Below are positions 13,320-25,655 of a stretch of DNA of 64,000 nucleotides, piece after piece. Under the pieces are notes generated by a model, which was not told where the DNA came from, searched no databases, and saw nothing but the letters and a program-made list of their open reading frames with translations. The stretch comes from Callorhinchus milii. Lineage: Eukaryota. The stretch is from the NCBI RefSeq assembly GCF_018977255.1, contig NW_024704743.1, positions 75,704,001-75,768,000 of the forward strand, in the 5' to 3' direction. Position numbers and translations under genes: made by a program. The first letter of the stretch is position 1; the number at the start of each line of letters is the position of its first letter.

Positions 13320-13660
13320 TCACATTCAAATCTCTCCAAGGTCTTGTCCCACCCTACTTCTGCAACCTCCTTCAACCACACTGACCCAGCCGCTCCCTTT
13401 CCTCAGTGAACACTGGCTTGTGAACCCATCAACAGGAGGGCTTTTAGCCATTCGGCTCCAACTTTCTGGACCTCCATCCTGGTGTACATCCAACTCGCTT
13501 GTTTCCTCCTCTTGTTCAAAACATGTTTCAAAATGTATCTCTTTGAGCATGTTTTCCTGTTCTTTCCCGCCTCCCTCGGCTCCCACCCCCAGCTCGGATA
13601 CCCACCCAGCAATGTTAGGCACTTTGAGACATCCTCCCAATGTGAAATATGTGATATAAA
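13320..13660 (+). mobile_element. Older L2 3' fragment
   Basis: ttcaaaatcctcgttctcacattcaaatctctcc... ending gagacatcctcccaatgtgaaa. Confidence 0.65.
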
Positions 13661-13920
13661 TGTAATATATATTTTGTTGGTTCAAACAGTAAGAAATCTG
13701 CAACATTCCAAAACGGCAAATCTCCAGACGTAAGAGAAAATATATAATGCTGAGGAAAAGCATTCATTTTTGAGGTGAAAGCAAGCTTGGAATGCTATTA
13801 TGTGCAATCTACCTGAGGTTGCTTGCATTACTCAGGCAGCAGTGAAACAAAGAACCATAGAAATGCACAGCAGAGAAGCATACCATTCAGCCATCATGCT
13901 TGTGTTACACATACTCCCCT

Positions 13921-14157
13921 GCGAAACCTTGGGCAAGTTTCCTTACTCCACACGCCTAATAATAATCTCTCCAAAACCCAAAACAATAATAAATTGGTCA
14001 TTTTCAATCTACGACTGTTTGTGGGACATTGCTGTGCGCAATTGGCTGCCGCGTTCGCCCACAAATATACAGTCAATTCACTTTACAGTGTGTTCTGTAA
14101 AGCGCTGAAAAGTGCTATATCAAATGCAAGGATTATTATTATTATTATTATTATTAT
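13921..14157 (+). mobile_element. Young SINE, 5'-truncated, hairpin core deleted
   Basis: gcgaaaccttgggcaagtttcc... to (ATT)n; the segment ttgggacgtcctcccgacg is missing. Confidence 0.9.
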
Positions 14158-14847
14158 CTCTGAACAAAGCCATCCATTTAGATTCATTCTCCTGCTTTTC
14201 CCCCAAAACCCTTTTATATTTTTCCTTTCTGTTTGATAAGCTAATCCCCTTTTAAAAGCTAGGGATTCTGTTCAACCACAGTTCCAGTTAGGGCATTCCT
14301 TGTTCAAACAACTCCCTGTGTAAAAATAAATCTCCTAACCTCTGCCTTTGCACATTTTCGTAACTACCTAAAATTTATGCTCTGGCAGCAATATTCCCTG
14401 AACAAAAGCAGACTGAAATCACAAGACTAACCATCACTTTTTATTGCAATGGCACCTTGCATTTACATCATGCCCTTCTCGTAATGCAATGGCTTGGAGT
14501 GCTTTACAAGGACGGGTAGGATGCTGAGCAAAGGAGACGGTGAGGGAGAAAGAGGAAGATGGTCATATGCACATTCAATGAAGTAGGTTTTAAGGCATAA
14601 CTTAAAGGGAGGGATTTCCAGAGGTTAGAGGCATGGGGATCTGAAGGTTCAGTCACCGATAGTGATAATGAGAGGGCGGGGGATGAATAGCAACCCCGAG
14701 TTTGCCAAGCAGAGGGGCAGCAGGGGACTATGGTAAGAGAAGATTGGAGAGATAGGGATCTTGGGTGCGGAGGGATTAAAAATACTTATCCTTTGAGCAA
14801 GTAATAACAAACTGCACAATTACTGCACATATTGCGGTCAAACTTAC

Positions 14848-14988
14848 CATGATACCACTTCTCAGCAGCAGATAATGAACAGTCTGTGTAACATCAGCTG
14901 CATGTAATAAATTGTGATATGGATTTTTATGTTTATTGTATCCGACTTCCAGAGCTTCAACAAAGGACATGAGGGAGGAAATGGGGAT
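14848..14988 (-). CDS. PDE1C: PDE1C coding exon (141 nt): IPISSLMSFVEALEVGYNKHKNPYHNLLHAADVTQTVHYLLLRSGIM
   Basis: YHN..HAADV metal-binding motif inside ORF 14776..15093. Acceptor tttcag| and donor ATG|gtaagt; phase 0-0. Confidence 0.96.
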
Positions 14989-15574
14989 CTGAAACCAGAA
15001 AAAAAGAAACACGTCAGAGGATTTACAACAAAAAGTTTTAGATGTGTTTTTTTGTAAATTGTAAATAAAAACCGTCAACATGAACCATTGCAATTACTAT
15101 TGTTTTACTGGCTTGTTGCAGTCAGGCCACCACCGTGAAGAACTGCATCCTCCTTTAACTTTTTGTAATCACCGACGTGAAAGGCACTATACAAATGTAA
15201 TCTTGTTGTTGTTGCTTTTGTGTAATCCTTTGTGGAACCATCGGCTTTGTGTTTTGACTTTCCCCGAAACAAATAGAAAATGAGTTCTGCAGTCTGTAAA
15301 AAGAGCAATTGCAGGTAATGCCCAGTGTAAACGCTTCTGTACCCTTTTGACTCTTTTTAACCAACTCAAGCATTTGTTTTAAATCTTTGGTGAATGTTGG
15401 CCAATTCACCCTAAGGGACATTAGTGCTTGAGAAAAGAAACACGTTCCCACTTAGAGAAACCCAATGCAAGTTCAAACTCAGACACAGCACAATTCCCCT
15501 CAGTGTGACAATCTGGTGTTTTTGTCCTTATTAAACAATCAGCATGAATCAGCTTTCACTATTTATCTTCCCAA

Positions 15575-16390
15575 AATATTTTTAGAATTTTGACAACCTC
15601 TCCTGGATTCCCTATTTTCCTTCTCTGTTCCAGTGAAAATAGACACCAGTTTTTCATGGTAACAAAAGACATACCTTCAAGGTATGTCTCAAAACCCTCT
15701 TCGACCGAGCCTTCAGCTGCCCTCCATTCTCCCTGATTCCGACCCCCAGTTGGGGTCCAAATCCCTGACTGTCCAGTGCCTTGGGACGTCCTCCCAACGT
15801 CGAAAGCGCCATGCAAATTTTATTTTGTATTTTATTGCAACAATAACCCTTCATTCCTGATATCTTTCTTGTGAATTTATCCAATTAAATAACCGCCCTA
15901 CCATCGGTGGCCGGGCTGTCAGCCTCTCAGCCCCTAGGCTCTGGAACTCCATCCCCCAGTGCCTTCGCCTTGCTTTCTCCCTTTCCTCCTTCAAGGCCGG
16001 TCTCAAGAGCTTTCTCTTCAACCGTGCCTTCACCTCCCCTCTCGACTCTCTGCCCCCTCCTCGCTCCCTCCCTTCCCTCCCCTCACCCTGACCATTCCCC
16101 CCCTGCTCGGGTCCCAACCCAACTGTCCAGCGCCTTGGGACGTCCTCCCGACGTGAAAGGCACTCTATAAATGAAACCTGGTTGTTGTTGTTATACAATA
16201 CCTCGGTATAACATTATTCCTTGTCTCTGATGTCCTTTCTATAAGGGGGCACGAAAAACTGTACACGGCAACTGTGACCTAACCAAAGTCTTGATTAACT
16301 TTATGTATTTAATGCTGCCGTATATAAAAGCTCCAGAATTGTATTTGCCTTTTGACAGCTTTTTTTTTTACCTGCATTACCATCTCTAAA
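15575..16390 (-). mobile_element. Old CR1 ORF2 3' remnant interrupted by two L2 3' ends (about 15685-15830 and 15891-16192)
   Basis: rc encodes ..LFSLEQRR..G...EVVKILK (ORF 15559..15816); CR1-like sequence resumes after each L2 tail. Confidence 0.6.
15891..16192 (+). mobile_element. Young L2 3' end
   Basis: Same family as 12213-12540; hairpin and (TTG)n present. Confidence 0.92.
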
Positions 16391-17275
16391 GATATATATA
16401 TCAGTTTCTCTACAATATTTAAGAACTACAAAAAATTGAACAGTAAAACCTTGTAAGGTCCAGTTCCTTTCTTTTTCCTTTCATTTAGGATTTAGAAATT
16501 CAGCAAATTTAGGAATTACCCCCTTCTTCTTGCTTTTTTTTCCCAAATCATTAATATGAATGGAAAGTAATAGTTTTGTAGAAAATAATGATGAAAATAA
16601 TAATAAACTGTACAAATCTTATCAGGACAACTCACTAACTACACCCAGCCAATCTGCGAAACATCCATTACCAATAATACAAAATAACACAAACCGTCTT
16701 AAGATACTAGCAAAAGTGCACAGACCGTTTGTGGCATAACAATCTCCACAATATCACTGTGAAAATCTGCATTGGACCTCATTTCAAGTGCTCTGGGATG
16801 CTACCCTGCATGAGGGGCATTATATAAATGAAAGTTGTTGTTGATTAATGGGCAAAATTCAGCCCACCATTATTTTACACTTCAAATTTCATCATTTTAT
16901 ACTGTTTTAAATGGATGCTTTACACCTGGTATATGTTGGCGTAAGTATATGAGGAGAATTGTATAGCAGGTACAAGGGAGAACACAATGCTTTAAGGAAA
17001 ACATTCTTTATTTTCATCCGTAAATAAGTAAGTAAGTAAGTAAAGTCTTAGTCAAAGGCTGCTCACCTGTGCAGTTGTTACCAGTACATATCTTTCTCTG
17101 CCTAGACATCGTTTTTACGAAGATTAACATCCAACACTTACTTTACCAGCCATGGGATGGGATAGACATGGAGGCGTCACACCTCGCAGGCCTGGCTACT
17201 GTTGATAAGAACGTTTCTCTGTACTCAAGAATTTCTAATTTATTGCACTATAGGACACAAATTCAGATTTGTTCG

Positions 17276-18815
17276 ACAACAACAAAATTACATTTATAGA
17301 GCGTCTTTCATGTCGGAAGGAGGTCCCAAGGTGCTGGATAGTCAGGGGTCAGAACCCAAGCATGGGGGAGGGGTGGGGTAGGGGTGAGGGAAGGCAGAGA
17401 GGTGGGAGGGCGACTGAAGGCATGATTGAAGAGGAGGGTCCTGAGACCGGCTTTGAAGGAGGCAAGGGAGGAAGCGAGGCGAAGGGACTGTGGGATGGAG
17501 TTCCAGAGTGTAGGGGCAGAGAGGCTGAAAGCTCGGCCACCGATGGTAGGGTGGGTCAGGCGGGAGACATGGAGCAGCCGGAGCCCGCTGAACGAAGAGG
17601 CAGGTTGGTAAGGAGTCAGCAGGTCAGAGAGATAGGAGGGGGCAAAGCCATGGATGGTCTTGAAAGTGAGGATGAGGATCTTGAATTCGATCTTCTGAGA
17701 GATAGGGAGCCAGTGGAGTCGGGCGAGGGTGAGAGTGATGGGGAACACGGAGCCTGGTGCTTGAGAGTACATGAGCTGCAGAGTTTTGAATGATCTGCAG
17801 CTTGCGAAGGAAGAGTTGGGAAGGCCGAAGAGGAGGGAGTTCCCATAATCGAGCCTTGATGTGACGAATGCGTGGGTGAGGGTTTTGGCAGCCTGAGGGG
17901 TGAGGCAGTGGCGGAGACTGGCAATGTTGCGGAGGTGGTGGTAGGCAGTGCTGGTATGGTGCGGATGTGGGGGAGAAAGGACAGTTCAGGGTCAAACAAG
18001 ATACCCAGGTTCCTGACAGGCTTAGTGAGGTTGAGTGTGCAGCTGTGAAGGCTGATGCTGCCAGCGCCTGAGGTGCGGAAGAGCTACCGCAAGCCTATCA
18101 GGAAGGCCTCAGTCTTGCTGACGTTCAGTTGGAAAAAGTTGTCCCTTGACCAGAACTTGATATCGGACAGGTAGTCGGTCAGGACGCCAGTAGTTCTGGA
18201 GTTCAGGGTGGAGGCAGAGAGGCGGGTGTCATCCGCATACATGTGCAAATTTACCCCATGTCTGTGGATGATGTCACCAAGGGGGAGTATGTAGAGGGTG
18301 AAGAGGAGGGGACAAAGAACAGAGCCCTGAGGAGCACCGAACGAGACGAAGAGAAGTGAAGAGATGAAGTGAAGATGGTGTGAAAGGTAGGACCTGAACC
18401 AGTCAAGTACAGAACCTTGAAGGTTGAGGTGGGAGCAGAGGCGGTGGAGGAGGATTGAGTGATCCACGGTGTCAAAGGCGGCAGAGAAGTCGAGGAGGAC
18501 GAGGATGCAGAGGGAGCCCTGGTCACACATGGTCAGGATGTCATTTATGACCTTGACCAGAGCAGTTTCCGTGCTATGGGCAGCACGGAAACCCGATTGG
18601 AGGGGCTCATGGAGGGAGTGGGAGGAGAGAAAAGAGCGAAGCTGGGAGGCGACGGCTCTCAAGGACCTTAGACAGAAAAGGGAGGTGGGAGATGGGCTGG
18701 TAGCTGCATAGCTGTGATGGGTCAAGGGAAGGTTTCTTCAAGGTCGGTGTGATAGTGGCTGTTTTGAGGGGGATAGAAAGAAGACAGGGAGAGGTTGATG
18801 ATGTCGGCGAGTAGT
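17276..18815 (-). mobile_element. L2 LINE 3' 1.5 kb, degenerate RT domain to tail
   Basis: QSGFRAAHSTETAL, LLDFSAAFDTVDH, GAPQGSVL, YADDT and LHWLPI..IEFKIL motifs (ORFs 18084..18725 and 17308..17772); frameshifts present. Confidence 0.93.
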
Positions 18816-18837
18816 GCCTGTACCTGCCTGATGATAG

Positions 18838-19185
18838 GTCCTAACCGCCCTACGATTGGTGGCCGGGCCTTCAGCCTCTCAGCCCCAGGCTCTGGAACTC
18901 CATCCCCCAGTGCCTTCACCTTGCTTCCTCCCTTTCCTCTTTCAAGACCGGTCTCAAGACCTTTCTCTTCAACCATGCCTTCAGCTCCCCTCTCGACTCT
19001 CTACCCCTTCCTCGCTCCCTCCCTTCCCTCCCCACACCCTGACCATTTCCCCCTTCCTCGCTCCCTCCCTTCCCTCCCCTCACCCTGACCATTTTCCCCC
19101 TGCTCGGTTCCCGATCCAACTGTCCAGCGCCTTGGGACGTCCTCCCGACGTGAAAGGCGCTCTATAAATGAAATCTTGTTGTTGT
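18838..19185 (+). mobile_element. Young L2 3' segment with an internal ~45-bp tandem duplication
   Basis: Hairpin 19126-19161 and (TTG)n tail; the unit ..cctcgctccctcccttccctcccc.caccctgaccattt occurs twice. Confidence 0.92.
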
Positions 19186-19520
19186 GGGGGGTGTGGAGAA
19201 GACTGGAGCCAGAGGAACAGAGGGTACGGGCAGGTAAGTAGGGGGATAGAGGTCGGAGAGGTAGGAGGGAGCAAGGCCGTGAATGGCCTTGTAGGTGAGA
19301 ATGAGGATCTTGAATTCGATCCTCTGGGGGATGGGGAGCCAGTGGAGGTGAGCGAGGGTGGGAGCGATGTGGTCCCGAAGCCTGGTGCGGGACAGTACAC
19401 GAGCTGCAGAGTTCTGAATGACCTGCAGCTTGTGGAGGGAGGTGTCGGGAAGGCCGATGAGGAGAGAGTTCCCGTAGTCCAGCCTTGAGGTGATAAAGGT
19501 GTGGACCAGTCTTTCAGCGG
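19186..19520 (-). mobile_element. L2 internal segment immediately upstream (in element coordinates) of 18838-19185 but in opposite orientation
   Basis: rc encodes [44 protein letters not shown]; ends ...ttctccacacccccc. Confidence 0.9.
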
Positions 19521-20685
19521 GGTGAGGGTGAGCGTGGGAAGATAGAACAGCGTGGAGGGGAGGGTGGAGGAGCCAGTTGGTGGTGGAGAACAGGAGCCAG
19601 GGGTTGCCCTTCGCTTTGAAAATCTCGGAGGATGTTCCTCTTTCATCAAACTCATTTCTTCCATAAAAGGTTATTTTGCATTAGATGCTACTTTGAGACA
19701 AGACCAGCTCATCGATTACAACAACAAAGCAGCACTTCAAAATGCCTGAACAACAAACCTCACTTATAACGTTGCTGAATGGGGTGGCCCCACTGTTCAA
19801 TACTTTACAAAGGATGTTTGAGTTTAATGAGCAGGTCAGAAACCTTTCTTCAAAATGTATGGTATCACTTCCTGCCTGATGACTATGTCATGATCTTAGA
19901 TTTTGTTTCTCAGCCAGTCTCATAGAGCATCTTATCAAACACATCTTAAAATCCATATATAGTATACATAAACTTGCAATTCGTTAATCTATAAACAGCA
20001 GGGTTTCCTGAAAACATCAAACTAAATTCAGTAGATCATTTACATTCCTGTCATTTATAAATCACACTGACTCTCCACAATTAATCCTCAACTTGGTTTT
20101 CACAAATTCTGTCCCATATAATAATCTTTAGATGTTTACCCAGCAACAATAACAGCATCAACTCGCATTTACATAGTGCCCTTCATGCGGGGTAGTATTT
20201 CAAAGTGCTTAAACACTCAATCACTGCATTTTAGATCCCAAAGACTGGAATTCTAATTCTTAATTACAATTCCTTAATGTATTGCTTTGCCTTCTCTCCC
20301 TTTTCTGAACAGTTTCATCTGCTATCTCTTGTAATATTCCGGCATAGAAAACAGCTGCGTTTGGTGACTTTTCTACTTTAAGATGCAACTTAAAAATCCT
20401 GTGAAGTGTTTTGAGACATTTCAATGACGCAACAAGGTGTTATTCAATGCAAACATTATTATTATTGTTGTTATTATTAATAACAGTGTTTTCCTTTTAC
20501 ATTTAACTCCAGCCATTAGATGCTCTTTCACATCCTCTTCTGGTACTGCTATAGTTCAAACTTAACATATCGCTGTAAAAAGCAGAAACAAAGTGCTTAT
20601 TAAGCATTTCCAGTTTTCCTTTATTCTCAACTGTAACAACTCAACAGGATTGAACTATTTAGCTCAAAGTAGTCCCACCCTTTCT

Positions 20686-20870
20686 TCATAGAATTATACA
20701 GCACAGAAAGAGACCATTCGGCCCATCGCGTCTGCTTCGGCTCTAAAAAAAGCAATCCAACTCAATCCCACTGGCCCGTTTTCTCTCCATAGCCCTGCAA
20801 TCTTGTCCTCCCCAAATACCCATCTACTTCTCTCTTAAAAGTTGTTACTGAATAAGCTTCCACTACCCTT
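20686..20870 (-). mobile_element. CR1 3' end, nested in an older degenerate CR1-like region (about 19800-21000)
   Basis: catagaattatacagcacagaaagagaccattcggcccatcgcg is the rc of a CR1 terminus. Confidence 0.75.
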
Positions 20871-21139
20871 TCTTTGACTGTCCTACATTTTATGTTTCTA
20901 AAAGCTTTGCTGTTACTTTTTACATAGAAGGCCACCTTTATTCATGCTTCCTTTTAATCCTTCCTAATCTTTCTTTTTGCTTCTCCTCTAAATGTTTTTA
21001 TACTTTACATAATGTTTTCAGTATAGAATCAGTCGATCAAACCCAATCTGGAATACTGTGCTCAGTTTTAGTCACATTGTAAGACAATATATACTTGCAT
21101 GAGAAAAGGTACATAAAACCAGACTCTTTTCATGTGTGA

Positions 21140-21306
21140 TTAGTCCCGGAATTAGGTAAGCAGGATACATCCCTCCAGGGAGAGAGTACACATTCCATTC
21201 CAGGCACAAGGAAATTTTCATGTGTAGGAAATTTCCACATGTTGAATTCTCAGTCTAGTTTGGATACTCTTAAGCACAGTGATGGTTTCTGGCTGACCAA
21301 AAAAAA
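21140..21306. repeat. Unclassified interspersed repeat (other copies at about 6580-6665, 22615-22765, 38281-38432, 55450-55510, 59525-59566)
   Basis: Shared blocks TTTTTTGG.CAGCC, AAACCATCAC..TGCTTAA..GTATCCAA, CTGGAATGGAATG..CAC.CTCTCCCTGG, CTGCTTACCTAA. Confidence 0.7.
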
Positions 21307-22908
21307 GTATAAATGGGATGAGCTACACAACAAGATTAAAAATGAGAAGTATCAGTTTTACCATTTAGAAAAAAATTAAAACGGCAAGAACAAATTTAAT
21401 TGAAGAGATAATGTAAAATCTACAGTTAAGGTTAAAGAAAAAAGGATTAGAAAGATAAAGAGCTGCTGTGAACAATTAATAGTGTGGAGAAGGCTTGATA
21501 GACCAATAACTGAATCCTATTCACATGTTCCTGAAGTAAGAAAAACATTCTCGAGCGAAACAAAATAGATTGACAATGAATGTATAGCTCAGAAACAGAC
21601 CACTTGGCCAAACTCCATGCCATGGTTCAAACAGTGATATGTTTTTGAAGAATGTTAGAGAGAAAATGGCAAATGAATCTAAATTGGCGATTTCTAGTGT
21701 GATTCCATAATTAAAGAATCCATGTGGCTATTCCTTCTACAAACTGGATATAAGTCACACACATCACACCAGCCTGTGGGATGTCTGCTTTCACAGCAGA
21801 TTGTCTCACAGCAGAATTCCTGAAAGTTGTCATGGTTTATTTCCAGTTCAAAGCCCGTCAGAAATTATCGCATTTTAGACCCCAAAGGCTGTTTTTTTTT
21901 AAAATAAAGAAAGTGTTTTGCAGAAGAAAATGATTCAATTGGAATACGGAACACTGAGTCCTCTGGTTACATTTCTGAGTCTGAGAGATCCACTCAGAGA
22001 TAAGCTGCAGGAGTTTGGAGATCAAAAGGAAAAAAATACAAACTCCTGATGAAATGTACTGAAACCAAAATGTCCAGTGACTTTGTGATCCATTTAAAAA
22101 AGATGCACATGCACAAACTTGCGGCAAAAACGTTTTTAACACATGTATTAGCTTAACTTTGATCATTCTATTAAAAAATGAACGTTTTGTGTTTCAACTA
22201 ATGCAGAAAATCCAGCACCTCAGGTACTGGAAAGTATGAGTCATTAGGAGAAGCATAATGTTCAGCAAGCAGTCTGCCAATGCTGAGATAATAAAATGCA
22301 ATGAGTCACCGTGTCAGCTGTTTTTTCTCAGCAAGTAAACATTCTGTGTAAGAGCCCAAGGAGTATTCCAGCAGCGGCAGTGGCAAAAGGCTCTCAGCCG
22401 CAACATGCACTTACTGCCAGGCACGCATGGAAGCTGGCATCAATAACAACAACTTGCATCTCACATTACTCAGGCACTCTGGCACAGTATCATTAACAAG
22501 GTAACTTGGTGTCATCTATTTTCTTACGAGTAGAAACATCTTTAATGGAATTGAGAATGCAGCATTACCAAAACGCAAGTCACTTTGTAAATTGCGATTT
22601 CCAGTCTGTGCCTCTTTTTTGGTAGCCGGGTTTCTGACACATGCGGAAACTATCACCATGTTTAAAAGTATCCAAATCAGCCTGAGATTTTCACATATGT
22701 ATGATTTCTATTTGTCTGGTATGCAGTGCCTCTCTCCCCAGAGAAACGCAATTTACCTAATCCCTCATCTAAGTTTAAATGAAATTATAGGATGAACTAA
22801 CACTTTCGCTAAAGAAAAGTGAATACCATCACAGACTTCCTTGCCACTGTCAATTTGCTTTCTCACCTTTTGCTGGTGCAACAATTTGCGGTTTGCAAAT
22901 GTTCTATT

Positions 22909-23218
22909 TGGAGTCCTGTAGCTCAGTGGTTAGAGCACTCGCTTTGCAAACGAGAGACCTGAGTTCAATCCAGGCAGAGGGCGAAACCTTGGGCAAGTTT
23001 CCTTACTCCACACAGAGCCTAATAATAATCCCTCCAAAAACCCAAAACAATAATAAATTGGTCATTTTCAATCTACGACTTTTTGTGGGACATTGCTGTG
23101 CGCAATTGGCTGCCGTGTTCGCCCACAAATATACAGTCAATTCACTTTACAGTGTGATCTGTGAAGCGCTTTGGGACGTCCTCCTGACGTGAAAAGCGCT
23201 ATATCAAATGCAAGGATT
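22909..23218 (+). mobile_element. Young full-length tRNA-Ala-derived SINE
   Basis: tggagtcctgtagctcagtggttagagcactcgctttgcaa... to ...aaatgcaaggatt. Confidence 0.92.
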
Positions 23219-23580
23219 TGCACATTGAAATCAATACCATTCAAAATGCTGAGCTTGACTTCTATTCCCTTTCCAGCAATTAATATCAAAAAAGATTACA
23301 AATAGTTCACTATAATTCATGGAAATGAGCAACTGGTTTGAATCCAGATATGTTTGTTTGCAACACAGAATATTGTTGCTGATCTGTGGTCCTGTTGCTA
23401 TAATAATAATAATCCTTGCATTTGTTATAGCACCTTATCATGCCATTGAGACATCTCAAAGTGCTTCACAGGATGTACTATAAACTGGATTCACTGTGTA
23501 TTTAACGGGCAAAATGCGGCAGCCAGTTCCATACCTCATTTTCTTCTGCAAATCACTTACTTTTTTTAAAAAAAACAGAA

Positions 23581-25655
23581 AAAGGAGGCTTATGATAAAT
23601 GTCAGGTCCAAACTACAGAAGATAATCAAATGGAATATAGAAAATACAGAGGAGAACTGAATAAGGAAATAAGAGGTGCGAAGATATTGTCTGAGAAAAA
23701 ATTAGGGGGTAACATAAAAGGGAAACCTAAGGTATTTTATAAGCATATAAAGAATAAAAGATGAGTCAAAGGTAAGGTGGGGTCAATTAGGGACCAAAGA
23801 GGAAATCTTTTTGTGGAGGTAGAGGGCATGGCTGACATACTGAATCAGTAATTTATATTTGTCTTCACAAAAGAAGAGGATGCAGCCAATGCCACAGTAT
23901 CGGAGGAGAGGGCAGAGAAATTGAATAGGATAAGAATAAACAGAGAGAAGGTACTAAAAAGGTTGACAGCGCTCAAGGTAGATAAGTCAACCGGTCTGGA
24001 CAGGATGCATCCTAGGTTACTGAGGGAAGTAAGGGTGGAAATAGTGGAGGCTCAGGCCACAATCTATCAATCCTCCTTGGACACCGGGGTGGTGCCAGAG
24101 GACTGGAGGATTGCAAATGTTACTCCCCTGGACAAAAACGGGCAGAAGGATACACCTGGGAAATACAGGCCAGTCAGCTTCATGTCAGTAGAGGGGAAAC
24201 TTCCAGAGACTATAAATTTTCATTTAAAAAATGAGTCAATAAAGGACAGCCAACACGGATTTGTTAAAGGCAAATTGTGTCTAACAAACCCGATAGAGTG
24301 GTAGATGAAAGTTGATACAGTCATATGGATTTTCAAAAGGCATTTGATAAAGTGGCACGTAAGAGACTTGTAAGCAAAATAGAAACCCACGGTATTAAAG
24401 GAACAGTGGCAGCATGGATACAGAACTGGCTGGGAGACAGAAAGCTGAGAGTGGTGGTGAATGGTTGTTTTCCTGACTGGAGGTAAGTGTGCAGTGGGGT
24501 CCCCCAGGGGTCGGTATTGGGACCACTGCTGCTTTTGATCTCTATAAATGACCTGGACTTGGGTATAGGGAGTACAATTTCCAAGTTTGCAGATGATACT
24601 AAGCTAGGAAAAGTAGTAAATAGTGAGGATGATAGTAACAGACTCCAAGAGGACATAGACAGATTGGTAAAATGGGCAGACACGTGGCAGATAAAGTTTA
24701 ATGTGGAGAAATGTTAAGGATTCATTTTGGGAGGAAGGAGGGTGACCGAAGGCATGGTCGAAGAGGAGGGTCTTGAGAGAGCTCTTGAAGGAAGCAAGGG
24801 AGGGGGAGGGGGCAAGTCGGAGAGACTGTGGGATGGAGTTCCAGAGGGTGGGGGCAGGGTGGCAGAAAGCCCGCCCGCCAATGGTGGGGCAGGTGAGGTG
24901 GCAGACGTGAAGCAGGCCGCAACCCGCTGAGTGGAGGGTACGGGCAGGTTGGTAGGGGGTTAGGAGGTCCCAAAGGTAGGGGGAGCAAGGCCATGGCGGG
25001 CTTTGAAGGTGAGGACCAGGATCTTGAATGGTATCCTCTGTATGATGGGAAGCCAGAGGAGTCGGGCAAGGATCACGGAGCTTGGTGTGGGAGAGGACAC
25101 GGGCTGCAGAGTTCTGGATGATCTGCAGCCTGTGGAGGGAGGAGTCGGGGAGGCCGACAAGCAGGGAGTTTGCACAGTCAAGCCTGGATGTTATGAATAC
25201 GTGTATGAGGGTCTTGGCTGCCTGCAGTGTGAGACAGTGGAGGAGCTGGGCGATGTTGCAAAGGTGGGGGAAGACAGAGTGGTTCATGGCACGGATGTGG
25301 GGTAGAAATGATATTTGAGAGTCAAACAAGATGCCAAGGTTTGGCCTCAGCAAGAGTACTGTATTCAGTTCTGGGCACCACACCTTAGGAAGGATGTCAA
25401 CCCACTGGAGAAAGTGCAAAGGAGATTTATCAGGATGATAACAGGTATGAGAGATTTCAGTTATCAGGAGAGGCTAGAGAAGGTAGGATTATTCTCCTTG
25501 GAGCAGAGAAGGTTAAGAAGAGACTTAATAGAAGTTTTCAAAAGTATGAGGGGTGAACTAGGAGAAACTATTTCCACTAGAGGGTGGGTCGGTAACCCGA
25601 GAACACACAATTGTTTCATACAGCGAGTTGTTCAGATCTGGAATGCATTGCCTAA
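23581..25655 (+). mobile_element. CR1 LINE ORF2 remnant (RT), split by an L2 fragment
   Basis: G.D.MHPRLLRE, VPEDWRIANVTPL, SQHGFVKG, GVPQGSVLGPLL, KFADDTKLG, EYCIQFWAP and LFSLEQRRLR motifs (ORFs 23921, 24487, 25315). Confidence 0.93.
24733..25340 (-). mobile_element. Tail-less L2 fragment inside the CR1
   Basis: [27 protein letters not shown] and GGRAF..APTLWNSIP in ORF 24604..25419; no hairpin or (TTG)n. Confidence 0.9.

Noticed and set aside
22909..22985. tRNA-Ala(TGC) gene (also at about 7420-7498, 50850-50923, 52500-52575)
   Set aside because: Always fused to the SINE body and tail, with an imperfect acceptor/T stem and no nearby T-run terminator; these are SINE heads.
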